This document shows positions 11,442 to 21,353 of a stretch of DNA of 64,000 nt, one piece after another (the stretch's first letter is position 1; every line of letters starts with the position of its first letter). The DNA is from an uncultured Gammaproteobacteria bacterium (GTDB taxonomy: Bacteria; Patescibacteriota; Patescibacteriia; 2-01-FULL-39-33). The stretch is taken from contig CAZLFP010000002.1 in the NCBI GenBank assembly GCA_964558935.1, forward strand, positions 16,356-80,355, written 5' to 3'. The notes under the pieces were generated by a model. It saw nothing but the letters and a program-made list of their open reading frames with translations, was not told the origin of the DNA and ran no database searches. The translations under genes were made by a program, and so were the position numbers.

Positions 11442-12671
11442 ATGCGACGTCAGGAATTTAAAGCTTTGAGCTTGCCCAACGGTTTGGACATATATTACTT
11501 GCGAGATAAGACTGTTAGTTTTGTCAGCCTGAAAATACTGCTGGCTGTAGGTAGTGAAGATAATTTGCCTGATCGTAATGGCTATGCCCATGCAGTGGAA
11601 CATCAGTTCTTTCATATCCCTAGCCTTGATGGCAAAAGTTTGTTGGATCATTGCAAAAAACTGGGTTACAAGATTAACGCTTCAACTGGACCCAGTTGGG
11701 TAGAGATTGAGCTTAAAGTGCCAACGACAGCTTTTGTTGAAATCTGGCCGTTGGTTCTGGAAATGATGACCTGTCCTCAATTGGGCACAGGCCTAAAAAA
11801 GGAAAAACAGGTAATTATCCAGGAAAGAATAGGTAATTCCACCATCTCTTTTTACGGCGCTATCTTTGGTCGAGCAGCTGAGGAGTACGGTAATCCTAGC
11901 TTAGCCTGCTTATCCCCTGATTGTCGTTTAGGAACAAACCAGGACATATTGGGGATGACATCACAAAAACTGTCAACTTTTTGGCGAAAGCACTTTGCCA
12001 ATAGCGTCAGATATCTCATAGTAACTGGTAATTGCGATCTGGAGATGATAGCTCATGATCTTAGCCAGTTGCCAGCTTTTGTAGCACCAAACAGGTCAGC
12101 GGAATTACCGATTCCGCCAGACCAAACAGTGCACCGCCTGTCTCTAAAAGAGAGTACTGGGGTGGTCAGACCCGAGCCCGGTGTTCTCATGTCTCCTCTT
12201 ATGATTTGGCCGTGCCGCACTTGTCAGGATTTGGATTTGATCAGTGATCTGATCGAGGATTTACTGCGCCGTCAGTTGTTTGAATTGATTCGCAATCAGA
12301 CAGGTGGTATGTACGACCTTAAATTCGAATCCTTTTTCAAACAGGAGGTTAAAATCATGCTTGGTATGTCTGTTTTACCCTTGAAAACAGGCAGTCAACT
12401 CATACAGCAGGTGGTGGATCAGGTTTTCTGTCAGAAGTTGTCTCAAGAGTGGTTTGCAGTCTCCAAACAGGCTCAGCTAATCGATCTTGAGGTGCTTGAC
12501 CAAACCCTGGGTAACAGGCTGGTTGAAACCAAACAGATGCTGGCAGATCATGGACAGATTCTAACCTTGAAACAACAGGTGGATTTCTATCAGAATTTGA
12601 CCTACCAGCAGGCAGATGAAGTTTGGTCTGTCATGCGTGACAGACTGCTCATGTTTGATATCCAACCCTAA
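11442..12671 (+). CDS. Divergent M16 (insulinase) family peptidase
   Basis: LPNGL start, GYAHAVEH (HxxEH), INAST; SD GAGGAG and own promoter. Confidence 0.78.
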   Translation: MRRQEFKALSLPNGLDIYYLRDKTVSFVSLKILLAVGSEDNLPDRNGYAHAVEHQFFHIPSLDGKSLLDHCKKLGYKINASTGPSWVEIELKVPTTAFVEIWPLVLEMMTCPQLGTGLKKEKQVIIQERIGNSTISFYGAIFGRAAEEYGNPSLACLSPDCRLGTNQDILGMTSQKLSTFWRKHFANSVRYLIVTGNCDLEMIAHDLSQLPAFVAPNRSAELPIPPDQTVHRLSLKESTGVVRPEPGVLMSPLMIWPCRTCQDLDLISDLIEDLLRRQLFELIRNQTGGMYDLKFESFFKQEVKIMLGMSVLPLKTGSQLIQQVVDQVFCQKLSQEWFAVSKQAQLIDLEVLDQTLGNRLVETKQMLADHGQILTLKQQVDFYQNLTYQQADEVWSVMRDRLLMFDIQP

Positions 12672-12745
12672 TCCATTTAAGTGGCTACTCAGCTAGTAGC
12701 CACTTTTTTTAATCCTGTAAATATTTATGGTATAATGTAAACAAT

Positions 12746-13159
12746 ATGCAAGACACTCCAAACTGGGAAAAGATAGATTTTACCATTTATTTCTCCTTCT
12801 TAAAATGGCCGGTTATTCTGGCTATTGTCTTGGAATTGTTTTTAAGAAGCTGGGCTTGGTATCAAGTGGGTATTGTTTCAGATAATTTAGATATGCTGGT
12901 TTGGCTGGTCAGATTACTGATCTTAACCGTCATTGGTTGGCGCGTTATCAAGAATTTTGGCGGTCATACAGCCGTCGCAGCCATGGCCGGTGCTTTAGCT
13001 GGTTTGCAAATCGGTTTGGTTGTATCAGTCTCGCGTTTGTTGGGAGGCTTGCAAGTTTGGAAAATATTTAACATTGTAACCGAAACCACTGTCTTAGCTG
13101 TTATTGGATCATTAATGGCCATTGCCATTACTTTTATTTTTACAGATCGTCGTAATTAA
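12746..13159 (+). CDS. Hypothetical membrane protein
   Basis: About four hydrophobic helices. Confidence 0.7.
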   Translation: MQDTPNWEKIDFTIYFSFLKWPVILAIVLELFLRSWAWYQVGIVSDNLDMLVWLVRLLILTVIGWRVIKNFGGHTAVAAMAGALAGLQIGLVVSVSRLLGGLQVWKIFNIVTETTVLAVIGSLMAIAITFIFTDRRN

Positions 13160-13170
13160 TAACATACTAA

Positions 13171-13488
13171 ATGACTAAAAAAACTTTTGACAAAAAAGAT
13201 ATTGAAGACAACAAAGGTGTAGCTGCTATCTCATATCTATTCCTACTTTGTCTGGTACCTTTATTTTTAAAAAAAGACAGTCCTTATGCTCAAGCTCATG
13301 CCAAGCAAGGTTTGTCTATGTGTATTTTGTGGTTACTGGGAGTCTTTTTTTTCTGGATTCCCCTCTTCGGTTGGTTGCTTTGGCTAGTTATGTTTTTTAC
13401 CGCCATCATGTCAGCTTTGAAAGCTTGGAATGGTGAATATTGGGAAATACCTATTATTAAAGAAATTACCAAAGCCCTTAATTTATGA
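13171..13488 (+). CDS. DUF4870-like small membrane protein
   Basis: AAISYL...HAKQGL...GEYWEIP pattern. Confidence 0.75.
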   Translation: MTKKTFDKKDIEDNKGVAAISYLFLLCLVPLFLKKDSPYAQAHAKQGLSMCILWLLGVFFFWIPLFGWLLWLVMFFTAIMSALKAWNGEYWEIPIIKEITKALNL

Positions 13489-14978
13489 AAAGAACTAAAA
13501 TTGTTGCCACCATTGGTCCCGCTTCCGAGACTAAAACCATGATTAAAAGCTTAATTAAGGCCGGTATGAATGTAGCCAGGCTTAATTTTTCTCACGGCAC
13601 CTATGAGCATCACCAGTTGCTGATTAACAACCTAAGATCTGTTTCAGATCAAACAAAAGCCAATTTGGCTTTAATTCAAGATTTACAAGGACCCAGAATT
13701 AGAATCGGAGATGTCGCCGAAGAGGGCATAAAAGTAGACAAGGGTGACCAAGTCATTCTGGTGCCGGAAAACCACATCGTACCCATTAAAGCCTTGAATT
13801 TGTATGTTCCAATTCAATATCCGGAATTATACCAAGAAGTTAAAGTGGGCCACCCGGTTTTAATTGATGATGCCACTATTGAACTGCAAGTTAAAGCCAT
13901 TAAACACAAGGCCATCCATTGCCAGGTTAAGGTTGGAGGTATCATTAAGAGCCACAAGGGCATGAATTTCCCTCAGTCTTTAATTAAATGTCCGCCAATT
14001 ACAGACAAAGACTGGCAGGATTTGGATTTTGGCATAAAGAATAACGTGGAATACGTAGCCATGTCCTTTGTTAAAGACCCGGAAGATATATACAAGTTAA
14101 GACGCAAGATTTTTAGTTTGGAAAGAAAGTATGGACATGTAATCAAAGGCGATCTGAAAAAGCCTTCAGCTACCGGCAAAGTCAGTGGTGTGCATACCAG
14201 AATTATCGCTAAAATAGAAAGAAGAGAGGCGGTCAAGAATTTCAACAAGATTTTGGAAGCAGCTGACGGCATTATGGTGGCGCGAGGAGATCTGGGTATT
14301 GAAATGCCGTTTGAAGATTTACCTTTAATCCAAAAAAAGATCATAGATAAATGTCGCAAAGCCGGCAAGCCGGTAATCGTAGCCACTCAAATGCTTGATT
14401 CCATGATTCGAAATCCGGTTCCAACCAGAGCTGAAGTATCAGACGTCGCCAATGCGATTTTAGACGGCACAGACGCTATAATGCTGTCCGGTGAATCTGC
14501 GACTGGCAAATATCCGCTCAAGGCAGTCCAAGCCATGACTAGAATCGCCAATGAAGTGGAAGACAGGATGATCGCTGACCAAGAAATACAAGAAAACAAG
14601 TTCAAGAATCTAAGCTCCATTACTCAGATTATGAGCTTTATGGCTCAAGATTTGGCGGAAGATGTAACCAATGCCAAGCTGATTGTCTGTGCCACCACCT
14701 CCGGCTTTACAGCCAGAAACATTTCCAGATTCAGATCAGTTGTCCCGATTGTGGCAGTGGCACCTGCCGTTAAAACCATCAATCAGCTAAGCTTGTCTTG
14801 GGGGGCTACTTCTTACCAGGTTAAATTCACTTCTTCTTTTAACACCTTATTAACCAAGATTAAACAATTAGTTTTAACTCACAAGCTGGCCAAAAAAGGA
14901 GATACGATTGTAGCGGTGGCCGGCCATCCTTTTGGCTTCAAGGGCCAGACCAATCTAATTAAAGTTGAAATACTCTAA
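13485..14978 (+). CDS. pyk: Pyruvate kinase
   Basis: TKIVATIGP, RLNFSHG, IMVARGDLG, TRAEVSDVAN. Confidence 0.98.
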   Translation: MKRTKIVATIGPASETKTMIKSLIKAGMNVARLNFSHGTYEHHQLLINNLRSVSDQTKANLALIQDLQGPRIRIGDVAEEGIKVDKGDQVILVPENHIVPIKALNLYVPIQYPELYQEVKVGHPVLIDDATIELQVKAIKHKAIHCQVKVGGIIKSHKGMNFPQSLIKCPPITDKDWQDLDFGIKNNVEYVAMSFVKDPEDIYKLRRKIFSLERKYGHVIKGDLKKPSATGKVSGVHTRIIAKIERREAVKNFNKILEAADGIMVARGDLGIEMPFEDLPLIQKKIIDKCRKAGKPVIVATQMLDSMIRNPVPTRAEVSDVANAILDGTDAIMLSGESATGKYPLKAVQAMTRIANEVEDRMIADQEIQENKFKNLSSITQIMSFMAQDLAEDVTNAKLIVCATTSGFTARNISRFRSVVPIVAVAPAVKTINQLSLSWGATSYQVKFTSSFNTLLTKIKQLVLTHKLAKKGDTIVAVAGHPFGFKGQTNLIKVEIL

Positions 14979-14981
14979 GCT

Positions 14982-17357
14982 ATGCTTAAAACAAAGAACA
15001 TTCTATGGTTTAAAGATGTTGGTTTAAAAGATATTGGCTTAGTCGGCGGTAAGAATGCTTCTTTGGGTGAAATGTATCAAAGATTAAAGCCATTAGGTAT
15101 TGAAGTGCCTAATGGTTTTATAGTTACAGCAGCCGCTTACCAAAAATTTATTCGACAGGCGAAATTAAAAAAAATCATTTCTAACTTGCTGAAAACCACC
15201 ACTAAGAAAAATCTAAGTGCCAGAGGTAAAAAAATACGAGGCCTAATCTTGCAAGCAGAACTGCCTCAACTTCTGCAACAAGAGATAATAACCGCTTATG
15301 AACAGCTATCTAAGACATATCAAAATGAATACACGGATGTTGCTGTCAGGTCTTCAGCCACTGCCGAAGATTTGCCAACCGCCTCTTTTGCCGGACAACA
15401 AGAATCATATTTGAATATTCAAGGACAAGAGGCTTTGCTCAAAGCCGTTAGAAGATGTTTTGCTTCCCTCTTTACAGACCGCGCCATTTCATACCGCATG
15501 GACCAGCAGTTTAAACATGACAAAGTCTTGATTTCGGTTGGTGTACAGAAAATGGTTAGGTCTGACCTGGCCAGTGCCGGAGTCATGTTTACCATTGATA
15601 CTGAATCCGGTAACGATAATGTGATTTTAATTAACGCCGCTTATGGCTTGGGAGAATACGTGGTTAAGGGTACGGTTAATCCGGATGAATATTATGTTTT
15701 TAAAGGTACTTTAAATGAGAAATATCAGCCGATAATTTCCAGACAAGTGGGAGACAAGGTTAAAAAATTGGTTTATTCGAAAGATACTAATCAGCCGACT
15801 GTTGGCAAAACGGTTAAGCCTCAAGCTAGATTAAGATATGTGTTAACAGATCAAGAAATTTTACAATTAGCGAAATGGGGTCTTAAGATTGAACAATATT
15901 ACCAAAGACCCATGGACATTGAATGGGCTAAAGATGGATTGGATCATAAACTATATATTGTTCAAGCCAGACCGGAAACAGTTGGTTCTCAAAGAGATAA
16001 AAATGTCTTGGAGGAATATCATTTAAATGCAACGGGTAAACTGATTATAACCGGTGATTCCGTAGGCATGAAGATTGGGCAAGGCCGAGCCAGGGTTATT
16101 AACAGTGTTAAGCAGTTGAAAAGTTTTAAGGCAGGCGAAGTGCTGGTTACAAAAATGACGGATCCGGATTGGGAGCCAATCATGAAGAAAGCGGCTGCGA
16201 TTGTAACGGATTCCGGAGGTAGGGTCTGTCACGCAGCTATTGTCTCACGCGAATTGGGAGTGCCGTGTGTTGTTGGTACTCAAAAAGCAACACGCCAAAT
16301 TAAGACCGGCCAACAAATTACAGTCAGCTGCGCTGAAGGTGAGATCGGTAAAATATACAACGGTCTTATTCCGTTTGAAATTAGAGAAACAAATTTAAAA
16401 AAATTACCCAAGCCCAAAACTAAGATTATGATGAACGTGGGTAATCCTTATTTGGCTCTGTCTGCCTCTTTTATACCCAACGACGGAGTGGGGCTGGCCA
16501 GAGAAGAATTCATTATTTCCAATTACATCAAAGTTCATCCTCTGGCCTTGCTTAAATATGATCAGATAAAAGATGACAAAGTTAAAAAGCAAATAGATAA
16601 GTTAACTGCCAATCATGCTCAGAAGCCGGATTTTTTTACCGATAAATTAGCGGAAGGCATCGGCATGATTGCCGCCGCCTATTATCCCAAGGATGTGATA
16701 ATTAGATTGTCAGATTTTAAATCCAATGAATATGCAAATTTAATCGGTGGTTCTCAGTTTGAACCAGATGAACCCAATCCCATGTTAGGATGGCGAGGAG
16801 CTTCTCGTTACTATTCTGACAATTACAAACAAGCCTTTATCTTGGAATGTAAAGCTCTTAAAAAGGTTAGAGATGATTTTGGTTTGGACAATATTAAAAT
16901 CATGGTACCTTTCTGTAGAACAATTGAAGAAGGTAAGAAGGTTATACAAATTTTAAAAGATAATGATCTAAAACAAGGCGTCAAAGGTTTGGAAATCTAC
17001 GTCATGTGTGAAATACCTTCCAATGTCATTTTAGCTGAAGAATTTGCTCAGATTTTCGATGGTTTTTCCATTGGCTCCAATGATTTAACCCAGTTAGCTT
17101 TGGGTGTAGACAGGGATTCAGAATTAGTGGCTGATGTGTATGATGAGAGAAACCAGGCGGTCAAAGATTTAATCTCTCAGGTGATTAAAGTTGCCAGAAA
17201 ACACAAAAAGAAAATTGGCATTTGCGGACAAGCCCCTTCGGATTTTCCAGACTTTGCTCAATTTTTAGTTTCCCAGAAGATAGACAGTATTTCCTTGGTA
17301 CCAGATACGGTGATTAAGACGACCTTAGCGGTTTTGAAGCAAGAAAAAAAGAAATAA
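14982..17357 (+). CDS. ppsA: Phosphoenolpyruvate synthase
   Basis: GGKNASLGEM, AVRSSATAED, CHAAIVSRELG, SIGSNDLTQ. Confidence 0.97.
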   Translation: MLKTKNILWFKDVGLKDIGLVGGKNASLGEMYQRLKPLGIEVPNGFIVTAAAYQKFIRQAKLKKIISNLLKTTTKKNLSARGKKIRGLILQAELPQLLQQEIITAYEQLSKTYQNEYTDVAVRSSATAEDLPTASFAGQQESYLNIQGQEALLKAVRRCFASLFTDRAISYRMDQQFKHDKVLISVGVQKMVRSDLASAGVMFTIDTESGNDNVILINAAYGLGEYVVKGTVNPDEYYVFKGTLNEKYQPIISRQVGDKVKKLVYSKDTNQPTVGKTVKPQARLRYVLTDQEILQLAKWGLKIEQYYQRPMDIEWAKDGLDHKLYIVQARPETVGSQRDKNVLEEYHLNATGKLIITGDSVGMKIGQGRARVINSVKQLKSFKAGEVLVTKMTDPDWEPIMKKAAAIVTDSGGRVCHAAIVSRELGVPCVVGTQKATRQIKTGQQITVSCAEGEIGKIYNGLIPFEIRETNLKKLPKPKTKIMMNVGNPYLALSASFIPNDGVGLAREEFIISNYIKVHPLALLKYDQIKDDKVKKQIDKLTANHAQKPDFFTDKLAEGIGMIAAAYYPKDVIIRLSDFKSNEYANLIGGSQFEPDEPNPMLGWRGASRYYSDNYKQAFILECKALKKVRDDFGLDNIKIMVPFCRTIEEGKKVIQILKDNDLKQGVKGLEIYVMCEIPSNVILAEEFAQIFDGFSIGSNDLTQLALGVDRDSELVADVYDERNQAVKDLISQVIKVARKHKKKIGICGQAPSDFPDFAQFLVSQKIDSISLVPDTVIKTTLAVLKQEKKK

Positions 17358-17469
17358 TTATTGGTTAGAGAGCAGCCTGCTTTTTCGCAGGCTGTTTTTT
17401 GTTTTGACATGATTGAAAAAGTAGTGTACAATGAAAAGTACGATTTTAAAAAAGAAAGGAGGGATAAGG

Positions 17470-17523
17470 TTGGAAGAGTCGACCAAACGCGGACCGCCGA
17501 AGTACACCAGATTCCATGGTTAG
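17470..17523 (+). CDS. Putative 17-aa leader microprotein (MEESTKRGPPKYTRFHG)
   Basis: TTG start after AAAGGAGGGA, downstream of TTGACA-17-TACAAT. Confidence 0.3.
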   Translation: MEESTKRGPPKYTRFHG

Positions 17524-17552
17524 GCCACCAAGGATCACAACAGGAGATGTGT

Positions 17553-17657
17553 ATGAAGGCGAAGATTGAGCAGTTGGAACTGGTCAAGGAGAACAAGCGG
17601 AAATCTGGTCGCGAACCTCATCGGCGGCCCAAGCATCTGATCAAGGGAGGGAAGTGA
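17553..17657 (+). CDS. Putative 34-aa basic microprotein
   Basis: ATG after CAGGAG; stop overlaps next ATG (TGATG). Confidence 0.5.
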   Translation: MKAKIEQLELVKENKRKSGREPHRRPKHLIKGGK

Positions 17658-17854
17658 TGGGTCAAAAACAGCTTTATGAGTACCGGGTCAATTGGCTGGA
17701 GAATGGACAAGTTCAGACAGCGCTGTTGGAGATGACCCAAGCCGAGGGGTTGCAGTACCGGAGGGTGCTAATCAACAAGCCCGGCGTTTCGAATGTCAGT
17801 ATCACTAGCAATGGCCCGGTTCGGCCAGAGCTGCAACCGGTCATGACTGGCTAA
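17657..17854 (+). CDS. Small hypothetical protein (65 aa)
   Basis: GGGAGG SD, coupled start, terminator hairpin just downstream. Confidence 0.6.
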   Translation: MGQKQLYEYRVNWLENGQVQTALLEMTQAEGLQYRRVLINKPGVSNVSITSNGPVRPELQPVMTG

Positions 17855-17933
17855 CACAATTAAGCCTGGTTATTTACTCATAATAGCCAGGCTTTTAAAA
17901 TTGCTTTACAGCTCCAAGTCTATTACAATATAG

Positions 17934-18734
17934 ATGACTATGATAAATTTTTTACACACCTTTAATCCTCAGCCCATTTTTCTGGACTTGGGACCCATCA
18001 GTATTCGGTACTACGGTCTTCTAATTTGCGTGGGTTTAATCTTAGCTCTAATTTTGGTTGAACATTTGGCAAGATTAAAAAAAATTAACTTAGACGTGTA
18101 TGAATTGGGTTTTGTTTTGGCTTTATTTGGAATTTTAGGCGCCAGGTTATATGAAGTGGTGATTATTAATTGGTCATACTATGCTCAAGATTTACTAAGT
18201 ATATACAAAATATGGCAGGGTGGCTTAGCTATTCATGGCGCAGTAATTGCCGGTTTGTTGGTGCTTCTGTTTTACAGTCGTAAATATCATCTGCAATTTT
18301 GGTCTTTAACAGACATTATTGCTCCCGCTTTAGCTCTGGGTCAAGCCATTGGCAGATGGGGTAATTATTTTAACCAAGAATTGTACGGTAGACCAACTGA
18401 CGTAGCTTGGAGTATTCCAATTCAGCCGGCTAACAGATTGCCCGGTTACGAGCAGTTTATGTATTACCACCCGACTTTTTTGTATGAATCCCTTATGAAT
18501 TTAGGCCTATTTATTTTACTTTTTATACTGGTTAAAAAGGTTAAACAACCGGGTATTGTCACCTTGGTTTATTTGGCTGGGTATATGATGATACGGTTTA
18601 TAACTGAATATGTCAGGATAGATCCCACACCTCAGATTCTGGGTTTTAGATTACCTCAGTTGGCCGGTGTAATCATTTTTGGCTTTGTGTTAGGTATATA
18701 TTTATCTAATTTTAAACAAAAAAAGACTGTTTAA
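17934..18734 (+). CDS. lgt: Prolipoprotein diacylglyceryl transferase
   Basis: IRYYGL, GGLAIHG, GQAIGRWGNYFNQELYG, HPTFLYES. Confidence 0.97.
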   Translation: MTMINFLHTFNPQPIFLDLGPISIRYYGLLICVGLILALILVEHLARLKKINLDVYELGFVLALFGILGARLYEVVIINWSYYAQDLLSIYKIWQGGLAIHGAVIAGLLVLLFYSRKYHLQFWSLTDIIAPALALGQAIGRWGNYFNQELYGRPTDVAWSIPIQPANRLPGYEQFMYYHPTFLYESLMNLGLFILLFILVKKVKQPGIVTLVYLAGYMMIRFITEYVRIDPTPQILGFRLPQLAGVIIFGFVLGIYLSNFKQKKTV

Positions 18735-18926
18735 ATGTAATTTATGATCAACAACAAATACGTCTGATGGCGTATTAGTTGTTATTATTGACAAAAATCT
18801 TATTTTATGATATAATTATATATTCAATTAATCGTATTTATTCCCTTATTTGGCCTCTTTTCTGCCAAGTAAAAAGGGTGAAAGGAGGGAGTAATTTGAC
18901 AATGTATCAAATACAGGAGACTGTAA

Positions 18927-19181
18927 ATGGAGATTCGCGAAGTAGGTCGCAACTACCTGGCAGTCTTTGTTCAGGTAGTGAAAGAGAACAAACAGGGCAG
19001 AAAGGTCCCGGTGCCACGCATTGGGGTCTTGCAAGATTATGCCGGCAAAGTTCGGCGCCGTGTGACCAGTCGGGATGGTCATCTGACCTTGTGGATCCAT
19101 GCCTTTCATGGTACGGAAAAGCAAGTGAGGTTGACTGTCCACAACCAACCCAACGTAACTAAGCTGGTTAGTTGGGAATAG
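18927..19181 (+). CDS. Hypothetical protein, gene 1 of orphan operon
   Basis: CAGGAG SD; beta-strand-like pattern. Confidence 0.6.
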   Translation: MEIREVGRNYLAVFVQVVKENKQGRKVPVPRIGVLQDYAGKVRRRVTSRDGHLTLWIHAFHGTEKQVRLTVHNQPNVTKLVSWE

Positions 19182-19190
19182 GAGGTAGTA

Positions 19191-19718
19191 ATGGCTCGAA
19201 ACCAGGGAGGCCAACCAGGCCAACAAACCAAGAAGGTGACCTGCAAAGGATGCGGTCGCCTCAATGAGGACGGTAATAAGTATTGCCCGTCCTGCGGCTG
19301 TGATCCAAAGTCCGGTAAGAAAGCCGGACCGACGAAAATCGAGTTCGAGATCGAGGTTACCTATAGTGGTGACTTTGGTCGCTACAACATCCGAGTCCAG
19401 GTCACCAAGAACGGCCAGGGTGAGGATGATGGAAAGGTATGGGTCAGCGGTTTTAAGCCGACTGACAAGGTGGTTGTTGGTTCAAATACCAACACATCCG
19501 GTGGGTGTCCCACCCACCTGGAACTGGATTTGGTCAAGGGCTTTACCACCTTTGACTATGAGTTTCAGGGTGGTAAACGTTTGCTTGAGTTTGCCGCCTG
19601 CGGTAACCAGGCTAACACCTATCTCAAGCTGCGTGGTCCCAAGTATACCTCGCAGCCTAACCAACGTTTTTGGCAGCGGTTGCGTGAGAGCATCCGCCAC
19701 AAACAAGGGAGAGATTAA
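19191..19718 (+). CDS. Zinc-ribbon domain hypothetical protein
   Basis: CKGC...CPSC at N-terminus; AGGAGG SD. Confidence 0.7.
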   Translation: MARNQGGQPGQQTKKVTCKGCGRLNEDGNKYCPSCGCDPKSGKKAGPTKIEFEIEVTYSGDFGRYNIRVQVTKNGQGEDDGKVWVSGFKPTDKVVVGSNTNTSGGCPTHLELDLVKGFTTFDYEFQGGKRLLEFAACGNQANTYLKLRGPKYTSQPNQRFWQRLRESIRHKQGRD

Positions 19719-19719
19719 C

Positions 19720-20412
19720 ATGTTTCTTTACTTCCTGCTGTTTGGGCTGGCCTGTTTGGCAGCCGTATTCTGTCTGGTTTGCCAGTGTATCTGGGGAGAC
19801 AGGCAGGAACCAGACGCGAATGGCCAGATCCGGATCTACAATCCGGGCATCGAGTTCCTTGCGTCGGTTCGAACCAATAATAACTGGTGGCCACTTCTGA
19901 CCCTGGTTATTCCAACCTTCTTTTGGGGAGCTTTTCTGGTCAGTGGTTTCGGCAGTCCCCCAATCACCACCACTGTGCGGGAAGCCTACGATTGGAGTTA
20001 CCAGCAGGCACAACCGCTGGGACAATCCAGTCGATTCAAGCGCACGGTGTTGGCTGTCGTGAGTGGCGGCAACACAGAATTGGAAGAGCTGCAAACTGAT
20101 ACCCAGCAAAAAAACTGGGTAGAACAGCTTGCACCTAAACCAATTCCCATTGTCTACCGGACCTGGTTTTGGTTTAAGGCGGCTCTGTTAACCAGCTTTC
20201 TCTGGTTGATGTTGTCGCCACTCTGCTTGGTTGACGAGCTGGTGATGGCCGCTAAAGAAGCGACCAAGCGCCAGACTGCGAAAGGAAAGGCGAAGGGTAG
20301 TTCCGGAGAGGCCGGAACAAGTTCCGGCGGATATAACATGACGTGGGACTGGATCGGTGATTTCGGTTCTGCGTTCTTTGGATACTGGTTGTCGTCGCTC
20401 AGTCGGCGATAA
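19720..20412 (+). CDS. Hypothetical membrane protein
   Basis: Start moved to ATG 19720 (GGGAG SD, right after upstream stop); about three TM helices. Confidence 0.65.
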   Translation: MFLYFLLFGLACLAAVFCLVCQCIWGDRQEPDANGQIRIYNPGIEFLASVRTNNNWWPLLTLVIPTFFWGAFLVSGFGSPPITTTVREAYDWSYQQAQPLGQSSRFKRTVLAVVSGGNTELEELQTDTQQKNWVEQLAPKPIPIVYRTWFWFKAALLTSFLWLMLSPLCLVDELVMAAKEATKRQTAKGKAKGSSGEAGTSSGGYNMTWDWIGDFGSAFFGYWLSSLSRR

Positions 20413-20428
20413 AGCAAGGAGAACAGTT

Positions 20429-21277
20429 ATGGCTGATAACGAAGTCAAATTCTCTTTCGGAGTGAAAGAGATTATCGTCACGGTGGTGACCTTGGTGTTG
20501 GTGGTTTTGTTGGTTTCCGCCACCGTGGGAAATCACAAACTGGGCTTTTTGGCGGCATCGGTCGTGTTGAGCATCGTGCTCAACAAGTATCTGTTGTCTG
20601 TCGAGAAGCAGGGTACAGCCATCGGCAGGTGGCTAAAGCAAAACAAGGTTAAGGAGTGGTGTCTGTTTGGCATCATTCTGCTGATCTTGCTCTTCCTGTT
20701 TATCAGTACGCTGGCTATCGATCCGTTTGACATGCTCAGGCAGATCGGCAGTCAGCCTAATCAAGGACAAGCTGACAACCAGCGAATCACCTTTCTCTTG
20801 CTGGCAGTCATTGTCTTCGGCTGCATAAGCTATGAGATGATTTTTGCCAACAAGCACAAGAAGAAGTTTTGGTTCTTGTGCGCAGTATTGCTGGCGTTGA
20901 TGCTGCCCACCTACAGTCTGCCGACTCAGGAGGCTGTCAAGAGTGTAAAGCAGGTCAGCAGTCATGTAAATCATTGGGTTAAGGCAGAGTCGGCTGCTTT
21001 AAAACCTAAGCCTCAAGCTCCGAGGGGGCCACGCGTGGTCTGCCGTAAGGAGGTTGAGGTAAAACCGGGTGAAAATACGACCGATGTGCTGCTGACTCAA
21101 GGCCAGCTCATTCGGCACTATTTCACACCCACAACCCCCACGATTTCATGGGCACCGGACGGAGAACCGACCAAGCAAGGTCAGCTGTTCGGTCCGGTGA
21201 GTGGTACCTACTACCACAACATCCACGTAATAGATCAAAGGTCGGGTTCGGTCATCGTCGAGGTGATTGAGCCCTAA
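20429..21277 (+). CDS. Hypothetical membrane protein with C-terminal soluble domain
   Basis: AAGGAG SD before ATG 20429; about five TM helices; terminator follows. Confidence 0.7.
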   Translation: MADNEVKFSFGVKEIIVTVVTLVLVVLLVSATVGNHKLGFLAASVVLSIVLNKYLLSVEKQGTAIGRWLKQNKVKEWCLFGIILLILLFLFISTLAIDPFDMLRQIGSQPNQGQADNQRITFLLLAVIVFGCISYEMIFANKHKKKFWFLCAVLLALMLPTYSLPTQEAVKSVKQVSSHVNHWVKAESAALKPKPQAPRGPRVVCRKEVEVKPGENTTDVLLTQGQLIRHYFTPTTPTISWAPDGEPTKQGQLFGPVSGTYYHNIHVIDQRSGSVIVEVIEP

Positions 21278-21353
21278 CCGCAACGGCGGGAAAGTTCGTA
21301 TACTTTCCTGCCGTTTTCTATTTATCTTTTTTTTGGTATAATACACTATAATA

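Noticed and set aside
19264-19719. N-terminal half of the 382-aa ORF
   Set aside because: Overlaps the SD-led zinc-ribbon gene; better start at 19720
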